A DNA stretch of 26,826 bases, from NCBI GenBank assembly GCA_001817755.1, contig MHIY01000012.1, positions 11,145 to 37,970 on the forward strand, in the 5' to 3' direction. The stretch comes from Candidatus Colwellbacteria bacterium RIFCSPLOWO2_01_FULL_48_10. GTDB taxonomy: Bacteria; Patescibacteriota; Minisyncoccia; UBA6257; Colwellbacteraceae. A program made the translations under genes and the position numbers. Position 1 is the stretch's first letter. Every line of letters starts with the position of its first letter. The notes under the pieces are model-generated. The model was not told the DNA's origin. It saw nothing but the letters and a program-made list of their open reading frames with translations, and searched no databases. Positions 1-6,842 of the stretch are shown one piece after another.

Positions 1-187
1 ATTCTTCTACAGAAACTCCAGGGAAAAGCTTAAATTCTCCAGGCTTTGAAGTCAGAATAGGAGATATTGCACCTGGATACTTATTTCGTAGAGTTGCAAC
101 GTCTTCACTAAAATCATCTCTTAATATCAATTGTAGAATCTCCAACCATTTTTCTTTATTTTTTGTGAGATATTTCTTTTGGCGCAT
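1..187 (-). CDS. Hypothetical protein, N-terminal part only (runs off the window start)
   Basis: ATG at 187 on the minus strand, open to base 1 (MRQKKYLTKNKEKWLEILQLILRDDFSEDVATLRNKYPG...). Read by hand; absent from the ORF track because there is no stop in the window. Confidence 0.55.
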   Translation of the reverse strand, partial: MRQKKYLTKNKEKWLEILQLILRDDFSEDVATLRNKYPGAISPILTSKPGEFKLFPGVSVEE

Positions 188-280
188 TATTGTCAGGATA
201 AGGTCTTTGGGGTATATTTACAACACAATTTAATAAGAAAGTAGCCTAAACCAGTAGTAATGCTGGCATGGCTCAAGAAT

Positions 281-379
281 CCTCTCATCGATACCAAACT
301 CCACGTTTGGCCAACTTCGATGAGAGGTCACACCCGAAAGGGTGTGGATGCCGCAAGGCATCAGGTCGGCGTGGAGTTT
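281..379 (+). ncRNA. Structured element: pseudoknot plus two GNRA hairpins, class unknown
   Basis: 281-291 pairs with 317-327 (11 bp); 296-305 pairs with 370-379 (10 bp); cacaccc-GAAA-gggtgtg 329-346; gatgcc-GCAA-ggcatc 347-362. Confidence 0.4.
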
Positions 380-401
380 TGTGTTTTTATAGAAAATTTA
401 A

Positions 402-752
402 ATGAATATGAAAAATAAAAGTGTCGCTGAAGAGGTTTTCGAAAAAATAGAAAAGGAACAGGCTCAATGGGCTGCTATGAGCGATATTGAGCGTGATCAA
501 GTGGTAAGGTATAAAGTTAATCAATCGCTGATCCTACAAAAAGAAAAGGCGGAAGCAGAACAAATCGAAAGAAAAAGAAATGAAAAACATCCAGTTGTTA
601 CATTTGTAGAAAGTCATAAAATTCTGGCTCCAATTATTTTTTGGGGACTTTGGGTGCTTCTTCTATGGTGGCTCATGGTGAGAAGTGATGTTAAACCTGA
701 TTACGATTTTCCAAGTGAGAACTATGAGAGTGTTGATAGCTATGGATTCTAA
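402..752 (+). CDS. Hypothetical protein with one C-terminal transmembrane helix
   Basis: 116-aa ORF; charged helical N-terminus, hydrophobic stretch ILAPIIFWGLWVLLLWWLMV. Confidence 0.7.
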   Translation: MNMKNKSVAEEVFEKIEKEQAQWAAMSDIERDQVVRYKVNQSLILQKEKAEAEQIERKRNEKHPVVTFVESHKILAPIIFWGLWVLLLWWLMVRSDVKPDYDFPSENYESVDSYGF

Positions 753-804
753 TCATGAGTAAAAAATTATTTAAGAAGAGTAGAGATAGATCCTCTCGAT
801 AACC

Positions 805-1536
805 ATGAAAAAAACAATATCCGCAATAATAATCTTAGTTGTTTTGTCTTTTGGGTTTCCTTCGATTGCCAATGCAGCGTGGTGGAATCCATTCTCTTGG
901 AAAGTTTTCAATAAAACTATAGCTCCACCAGCTATCCCGCCTTCTTTAACTGAAGCTTCGAATATTCCTCCCGATACTAGTGATAAATCAGCAGAGATAA
1001 TTAAATTGAAAAGAGAAATAGAGGAACTGAAAAAGAAGAACGATCAGTCTAGCGCCAAGCCAAAACTATCGACACCTCCAGTTGCTGCGCCCAAAATTAT
1101 TCCTAAACCAACGCCTGTACCTCCTCCTTTTGCAACGTGGCAAGAATTAGAAAATAAACATTTTCCGGAAGCGGATCAGAATGGATGGGCTACACTTTAT
1201 ATTACTAACCAAGAAGGAGAAAAAAGATATTATTACAAAAATAAAGATCAGTGGATTAGAGCGAATAGTGAGCAGCATGCTAGGAGCGAGAGGTATTTTA
1301 TTGAGACATGCGCAGATAAACCAAAAGACATGGCTACAGCCGAATTGTGCTTAGAATTAGCCGGCCAAAGAATAGGATTTAAACAGGGCTGGTATGACGG
1401 ATACAACGAGGGATCTCCCTATTCCCCGCCACCTTCTTATTCTGCTCCACCAACACCATCGTTTTCTGAAACCATGCGTCAACATGAAATGTGCGATCTT
1501 GTTGATGGCCTATTCTTTGACGGCAAGTGTTATTAA
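805..1536 (+). CDS. Secreted/surface hypothetical protein with Pro-rich linkers
   Basis: Signal peptide ending ANA|A followed by WWNPFSW, a short coiled coil and Pro-rich segments. Confidence 0.8.
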   Translation: MKKTISAIIILVVLSFGFPSIANAAWWNPFSWKVFNKTIAPPAIPPSLTEASNIPPDTSDKSAEIIKLKREIEELKKKNDQSSAKPKLSTPPVAAPKIIPKPTPVPPPFATWQELENKHFPEADQNGWATLYITNQEGEKRYYYKNKDQWIRANSEQHARSERYFIETCADKPKDMATAELCLELAGQRIGFKQGWYDGYNEGSPYSPPPSYSAPPTPSFSETMRQHEMCDLVDGLFFDGKCY

Positions 1537-1611
1537 TAAAATTTATACTGGAATATTGTATTTAGCATCTCATAGCGCTATATTTGAGCCTAATCTGGTT
1601 AAAAACTTTAT

Positions 1612-4600
1612 ATGGCAAATGATGAGATTTCCCCAAATTCCAATAGCCCCAAGAAGCTTCCTTTCAAACTGGATGATCGGCAAGAAATAATTTATGAACG
1701 TCTTAATAGGCTGGTTGGACCCGGAGCGGCTGCATTTTATAAAGATGCCTGCAGACATCTAGTCATAGATCCTTCTTTTGTTGCGGTTACTCATATCGTT
1801 GCGCATCTACTACGAGAAATCGAGAGCGCTCTACGCGATGTTCTAGAGTCTGTGACTGGCCCAACTCAGGAGAAAGAAGGATTGAAAGAAGAAGAAAAAC
1901 ACAGGCAAGAAATCGAATTAATTTTAAAAGCCCTTGGTTTTAATGAATCTGATTTAATTTCTAAAGTCTGGCTTGAATTGCCTGGTAAGAATGGCCTGCA
2001 AAGATACGCTCACCGAAATAATCTCGAAGCCGCAAGGCCATTGGATCAGGTTTTCTTAGAACTTTGGTCTAGAATGCAAATTATTTTGGGCAATGTATTA
2101 GATAGGTTTGAAACTCAATACACTAAAGTTTTCGCATCGATTGATGTATTGGTTCAGAAAGCTAATCCAACCGAATCAGATGCAAAAATAATTAAATCGA
2201 ATATTCCAAATAACTTTGTCGCTCACCAAAAATTCTTTAGCCAGTTGGAGAATCCTAAATGGCTTCCTTTACTTAAAGAAAAGGAGATGTTCTTGGACCC
2301 TCCGCTGGCAGAACAAAATCCCGAAGAAGGAACTGTAAGACATATGCCTTGGGCTGCAACTGTTTATTTGGAGAAAATGGCCACCATAAATCCATCCTTA
2401 GTCGCCGAGGTCTTGCGAGAAATCAAAGATACAGATAATTCGACTGTTAGATCAAGTCTGTTGAGAATAGCGTCTCTTTTGCCTAGCAGCGAAAGAGAGA
2501 CAGTAAGTGACAAGATTAGGAAATGGTTAAAGGTAGATCATCAGTTTTTTCAGAGCACCCTATTAGAGCCTAGTACAATATTAATGAATAAATTCATCGA
2601 AGACGGTAAAGAAGATAAAGCTTTCGAAATTGCGAAAACACTTTTAGAGATTCTCCCTAATTCTAGCCCTATAACCACTGACGAATATATTTCACTTCGA
2701 GATCCAAAAACGCGACTAGACCATTGGCATTATAATGAGTTTTTAGAAAAAGAGTTTCAGACATTAATACAACTTAATCCTAAATATTCCTTCTCTCTAG
2801 TTTCTGAATTACTTTCTGAATATTTTAAATTAAGACGTGAAGCGCGCCAGGATAATATTGATAACTATGAAGATCTGTCTTATATTTCGCGGCCAGCAAT
2901 TGAGGATCATGACCAAAATAGGGACCGCGAAAATATTGAGGATGCTCTTATAACAGCGATTAGGGATATTGGGTTAAAGATGATTCAGGAAAATCCAACA
3001 ATAGTAGAAGATCTTATAGAAGAATTAGAAAGCAAAAAATGGACAGTTTTCCGCAGAATAGCTTTATACCTCTTAAGCGAGTATCCAGAAAAATCAATAA
3101 AGTGGTTGAATAAGTATTTACTTGACCTGACTCTTTTCGATAGTTCTGATGTTAAACATGAATACGCCCGGCTGATGAATAAGGGATTCCATTTGCTGAG
3201 CAGAGAGCAAAAGGAAAAAATACTAGATTGGATTGATAAGGCTAAAGTTATTACAGAACATATTGAGGAACAAAATAGAGAGAATCCTATAGAAGCAGAT
3301 AGGGCAAGGAAATTTAAAGAGGTTTGGCAAAGAGATCGTCTCTCACATATAAAAGATGATTTAACAGATATCTGGGGAACCCGATATATTGATTTTATTA
3401 GTAAGTATGGGGAACCAGAACATCCGGATTTCGCTGCATACAGAACTGAATGGATTGGTCCTACTAGCGAATTTAAAGCTGAAGACTTAATCAATATGGA
3501 CGTAGATAAAATGATTCATATTCTTAAAACTTGGGAACCTAAGGAGGATTCTCATGGCTTTGGTGCAACCAAAGAAGGTTTAGGGAGAGAGCTTGGAGTA
3601 GCAATAAAATCTAAGCCAGATTACTTTGTTATAATCGCAGAGAAATTTAAAGAATTAGACCCAACATATGTCAGAACTTATATCCAAACATTCTCTGAAA
3701 TAATTCAAAATGATTATAAGCTATATTGGCTTCCAGTCCTTGAGTTGGCACTATGGGTTGTTCGACAACCGAGGGAGATATTAGGAAGAAAAGGAACAGT
3801 AATGGATCAAGATCCTGATTGGAGTTGGACGAGAAAAGCTATCGCATCTCTAATTTCCAGAGGAGCGAATGATAATCAAATTCCTTATGAACTTCGCGAT
3901 AAAGTTTGGCAAATTCTTAAAGAGATAACTCTTGATCCCGATCCTACTCCAGACGATGAGATTAAACGCGAGGAAAATACAGACGATGCCTACCACCTGG
4001 CAATAAATACCACTCGTGGTGAAGCCATGAATGCAGTTATTGAATATGCTCTTTGGGTATATAGATATGTTAAAGATCAGCCGAATGGTGAAGAAAAGAT
4101 TAAGGAGGGATTCTTATTAATGCCTGAGGTGCGGGAAACTTTAGAATGGCATTTAGATCCTCAGAATGATCCTTCTATTGCAGTCAGATCAGTATATGCG
4201 AGATTCTTCCCTTGGTTATTGTTATTAGATAGAAAATGGACATTAGATCATATAAATAAAATCTTCCCGATAAAACAACCAGAAGATCGACTTTATAAAG
4301 GAGCTTGGAATACTTTTATGCTATATACTCCAGCCTATAATGATCCGTTTAAACTACTTCAAGAACAATATATGGAAGCAGTAAAAAATCTAGGAAAAGT
4401 AGATAAAAAGCGTAAAAGATTTACTGATAGAGATGAAAGGTTGGCAGAACATTTAATGCTTTTCTACGGCCGAGGGCAAATAAGTTTATCAGATTCCCTA
4501 TTCAAAGAATTTTGGGACGCAGCAAATGATGACCTTAGAGGCCACGCTTTAGGCTTTATCGGGCGCCTACTACAGAACAAGGAAGGCGATTTTGATCCGA

Positions 4601-5037
4601 GCACTTTAGAAAGGCTAAAACTTCTCTGGGAAAATAGATTAGAAATAGTAAAATCTTCTGTAGATAAAAGTGAACACGAGAAAGAAATGTCTGCTTTTGG
4701 TTGGTGGTTTTCTTCAGATAGATTTGATCCTAAATGGACCAGTAACCAATACTTAGAAGCTTTAGAAATCGGTAGAGAAACGCAGTCTGATTACTTTGTA
4801 TTCAAGCGATTGGTTGAAATAACTGAGGTGTTACCGGTTGAGGCGGTAAGAATACTCAATAAATTGGTCATGCCAGATCAGCCTGGCTGGACCATATTTG
4901 GTAATAAAGGCGAGATAAGAAGTATTCTTTCCAGGGCCTTAAAGGCTCCTGAGAATATAGCTAAGGAAGAAGCGAAGAATCTTATTAATCGTTTAGTAGC
5001 AAAAGGATATACGGAATTTAATGATCTTCTAAGCTAG
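1612..5037 (+). CDS. Large alpha-helical protein (1141 aa), candidate antiphage sensor-effector
   Basis: Uninterrupted 3.4-kb ORF. N-terminal ~170-aa domain with HLLREIE and LQRYAH motifs (HEPN-like by eye), then ~950 aa of Trp-studded helical repeats. No Walker A motif. Function is inference. Confidence 0.85.
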   Translation: MANDEISPNSNSPKKLPFKLDDRQEIIYERLNRLVGPGAAAFYKDACRHLVIDPSFVAVTHIVAHLLREIESALRDVLESVTGPTQEKEGLKEEEKHRQEIELILKALGFNESDLISKVWLELPGKNGLQRYAHRNNLEAARPLDQVFLELWSRMQIILGNVLDRFETQYTKVFASIDVLVQKANPTESDAKIIKSNIPNNFVAHQKFFSQLENPKWLPLLKEKEMFLDPPLAEQNPEEGTVRHMPWAATVYLEKMATINPSLVAEVLREIKDTDNSTVRSSLLRIASLLPSSERETVSDKIRKWLKVDHQFFQSTLLEPSTILMNKFIEDGKEDKAFEIAKTLLEILPNSSPITTDEYISLRDPKTRLDHWHYNEFLEKEFQTLIQLNPKYSFSLVSELLSEYFKLRREARQDNIDNYEDLSYISRPAIEDHDQNRDRENIEDALITAIRDIGLKMIQENPTIVEDLIEELESKKWTVFRRIALYLLSEYPEKSIKWLNKYLLDLTLFDSSDVKHEYARLMNKGFHLLSREQKEKILDWIDKAKVITEHIEEQNRENPIEADRARKFKEVWQRDRLSHIKDDLTDIWGTRYIDFISKYGEPEHPDFAAYRTEWIGPTSEFKAEDLINMDVDKMIHILKTWEPKEDSHGFGATKEGLGRELGVAIKSKPDYFVIIAEKFKELDPTYVRTYIQTFSEIIQNDYKLYWLPVLELALWVVRQPREILGRKGTVMDQDPDWSWTRKAIASLISRGANDNQIPYELRDKVWQILKEITLDPDPTPDDEIKREENTDDAYHLAINTTRGEAMNAVIEYALWVYRYVKDQPNGEEKIKEGFLLMPEVRETLEWHLDPQNDPSIAVRSVYARFFPWLLLLDRKWTLDHINKIFPIKQPEDRLYKGAWNTFMLYTPAYNDPFKLLQEQYMEAVKNLGKVDKKRKRFTDRDERLAEHLMLFYGRGQISLSDSLFKEFWDAANDDLRGHALGFIGRLLQNKEGDFDPSTLERLKLLWENRLEIVKSSVDKSEHEKEMSAFGWWFSSDRFDPKWTSNQYLEALEIGRETQSDYFVFKRLVEITEVLPVEAVRILNKLVMPDQPGWTIFGNKGEIRSILSRALKAPENIAKEEAKNLINRLVAKGYTEFNDLLS

Positions 5038-5043
5038 TGATCT

Positions 5044-5330
5044 ATGATCTCAAAAGAGATGCTAGAAAAGTATAAGACTATTTATCGAAAGAAATTCGGT
5101 AAAGATATTTCTGATGACGGAGCTCTTACGCAAGCGACAAAGTTGGTAACCCTAATTAAGGCGGTATATAAGCCGATGACCAAGGAGGAATTTAAGCAGC
5201 TATAGTCCCCGCAAAACAAAACCCGACATTGTGGTGTTAAATAACCAAGTAAATCAATGGTTTTCTGGATTACAAATGAACGTTTTGTTTTACGGGGGCT
5301 ATAGAAAAAAGACGTAAGGAATTGGGTTGA
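5044..5330 (+). pseudogene. Small protein gene interrupted by a MITE (53 aa as is, 61 aa when restored)
   Basis: MISKEMLEKYKTIYRKKFGKDISDDGALTQATKLVTLIKAVYKPMTKEEFKQL stops at TAG 5203-5205, supplied by the insert. Removing 5203-5303 restores ...KQLEKRRKELG* ending at TGA 5328-5330. Confidence 0.65.
5203..5301. mobile_element. 99-bp MITE, IS630/Tc1-mariner-like (TA duplication at CTAG)
   Basis: 20-bp terminal inverted repeats tagtccccgcaaaacaaaac (5203-5222) and gttttgttttacgggggcta (5282-5301), 18/20 match; TA on both flanks (5201-5202, 5302-5303); the empty site reads CTAG. Confidence 0.75.
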
Positions 5331-5340
5331 TAATTTGCTA

Positions 5341-5674
5341 TAATATCCTTAATACCACCCCCAATTATTCGTCACAAACTACGTTGATTACCTCCCGTGT
5401 TTAGTGGGATCAACGAGTTTATATTTACTCCCCGGCTTCGGAGTAGGAGGAAAGGGCTCACCCTTAGTAACGGTGCGCTCTTTTCCTGTGTTGCCTCTAC
5501 GTGGACCAATAATTTCATATTGGCCTGAACGCTTGGCTTCCTCGCCAGGTCTAAAAGTCTTTCTCATAAGACAATAAAAGTTGTTATACGAGTTCGACGG
5601 CTCGTTGCTGCTAATTGCAGCAAGTGGTCAACCGCTTGCAGCAAACGAGATTAGGGGTGGTATCAAAGATATTA
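5341..5674 (-). repeat. 25-bp inverted repeat bracketing the YjzC-like gene
   Basis: 5341-5365 vs 5650-5674, 22/25 identical; all three mismatches become G-U pairs on the minus (mRNA) strand. Confidence 0.8.
5388..5567 (-). CDS. YjzC-family small protein (59 aa)
   Basis: Hand translation: MRKTFRPGEEAKRSGQYEIIGPRRGNTGKERTVTKGEPFPPTPKPGSKYKLVDPTKHGR*. The PGE..SGQY..GPR..PPT..D.TKH pattern is YjzC-like. Below the ORF-track size cutoff. Confidence 0.78.
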   Translation of the reverse strand: MRKTFRPGEEAKRSGQYEIIGPRRGNTGKERTVTKGEPFPPTPKPGSKYKLVDPTKHGR

Positions 5675-5905
5675 AGATACTAACCTAAGTTTTATATAGG
5701 AATATCTATAAGTCAAAAAAGAAATGCAGACATAGACCACCCTTTTGAAAAAGATTTTGTATCTTTGGCTGGCGCCCTCTCCCGTTCTAGGATCCTAATC
5801 ATTAACTATATTGCCTATAAGTACCCGATTCTTTGGGCTGGGGGGTCGGTTCCAAGTCAGATTCACCAGAATACAGTGAGTGGCATGGTGGGCTACTCGG
5901 ACGAA

Positions 5906-5998
5906 CTAAGAGGTTGCAGCAAAACTAGTCTGAATCTGCTTCCATTCTCTCAATTCCTGGATAATTCGGTTCCAGTCAAATATACTTAGGTCTACTAA
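5906..5998 (-). pseudogene. Possible orphan C-terminal tail of a recombinase, read inward from the att site
   Basis: LVDLSIFDWNRIIQELREWKQIQTSFAATS* starts exactly at the degenerate att copy and has no start codon of its own. Family assignment is from recollection and unverified. Confidence 0.33.
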
Positions 5999-6026
5999 CG
6001 AAATAAACCTTACTAGGTTTATTTTT

Positions 6027-6159
6027 GTAGTCCGGGGAAGCGAACGGGAAGGGGGTCGGGGAAACGGAAGTTTTCCCGTGGCGGAAATATTAAAACCGCT
6101 GGGTTTTAAAGCGCAGCCGCCAAGAGCGGCGAGCAGTGAGACTCCCCTTGGGACTACCA
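6027..6159 (+). repeat. tRNA-3'-anchored structured element, copy 1 (ends in a tRNA-type 3' end with CCA, possibly tRNA-Glu-derived)
   Basis: gtagtcc 6027-6033 pairs with ggactac 6151-6157; three internal hairpins; shares GGGTCGG, CCGTG.CGGA, GCG.AGCC and GGCGAGCAG.GA.ACTCCC blocks with the copy at 23523-23654. Confidence 0.7.
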
Positions 6160-6253
6160 ATAAAAACAAAAGATATCTTTTGTTTTGCTGCTATAATTGA
6201 TCGCAAGGCGGATATGATGCTAGTTACTAATGAGATGCTTGCCAGCTTAGCTC

Positions 6254-6288
6254 TTGCAATGTGCAATACATAGTATATACTATGTATT
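6254..6288 (+). promoter_or_regulatory. Toxin-antitoxin promoter with palindromic operator; probably leaderless mRNA
   Basis: ttgcaa 6254-6259 and tatact 6276-6281; perfect 24-bp palindrome aatacatagtatatactatgtatt 6265-6288 covers the -10; ATG follows 7 nt after the -10. Confidence 0.6.
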
Positions 6289-6561
6289 ATGAAAACAACG
6301 ACGAGTGTAAAAATCGACAAGAACATCAAGGAGGAGGCGGCCAAGCTAGCCTCTGAGATGGGCCTGAACTTGAGCAGTGTCATTAACGCTACTCTAAAGA
6401 AATTTGTCGATGAGAGGCGCGTCGTATTCAATGTTTCTCCGGAATTCAATGTCGAAACCGAAAAAGAATTCGCAAAGATCAGGGAGGAGATAAAAAACAG
6501 GCGTAATGTTGTTGGACCGTTCAATACTGTCCGTGACCTGAAAAGGGCTCTCTTGGATTAA
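6289..6561 (+). CDS. RelB/DinJ-family antitoxin
   Basis: N-terminal ribbon-helix-helix pattern (TTTSVKIDKNIKEEAAKLASEMGLNLSSVINATLKKFV); directly upstream of a RelE-fold toxin. Confidence 0.85.
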   Translation: MKTTTSVKIDKNIKEEAAKLASEMGLNLSSVINATLKKFVDERRVVFNVSPEFNVETEKEFAKIREEIKNRRNVVGPFNTVRDLKRALLD

Positions 6562-6566
6562 CTGAG

Positions 6567-6821
6567 ATGGAGATCGAATACCACCGGAATTTCAAGAAGA
6601 CTTTTCGAAAGCGCGACAAGAAGATCCAGAGCAGATTCTTCGAACGGTTATCTGTGTTCATGGAAAACCAATTTCATTATTCACTTAACAATCACGCTTT
6701 GACCGGAAAATTCAAAGGAGTGAGAAGTTTCGATATCACCGGCGATGTCCGAGTTCATTATGAACAGGTCGGCGACGTTATTGTCTTGATCAATATCGGG
6801 ACACACAGCGAGCTATATTAG
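6567..6821 (+). CDS. RelE/YafQ-family mRNA interferase toxin
   Basis: 84 aa with NHALTGKFKG.RSFDI.GD.R and the C-terminal IGTHSELY typical of YafQ-like toxins. Confidence 0.9.
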   Translation: MEIEYHRNFKKTFRKRDKKIQSRFFERLSVFMENQFHYSLNNHALTGKFKGVRSFDITGDVRVHYEQVGDVIVLINIGTHSELY

Positions 6822-6842
6822 AACAACTTCAACGTCTGCCGC

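Larger units (their letters stand above)
1..5997. mobile_element. Right part of a putative tRNA-targeted integrative island (left end outside window)
   Basis: Visibly AT-richer than valS/infB and carries only accessory genes. Ends at cttaggtctacta (5985-5997), a 10/13 match to the tRNA-type 3' end cttgggactacca (6147-6159). No integrase body in the window. Confidence 0.45.

Noticed and set aside
281-379. c-di-GMP-I (GEMM) riboswitch
   Set aside because: It has a GAAA tetraloop but lacks the GGCAAAC and GACGCAAAG conserved strands.
1612-5037. STAND/Avs NTPase
   Set aside because: No Walker A or Walker B motif is visible anywhere in the protein.
6027-6159. Complete tRNA gene
   Set aside because: Only the 3' T-stem and acceptor strand with CCA are tRNA-like; there is no D arm, anticodon arm or TTC T-loop.
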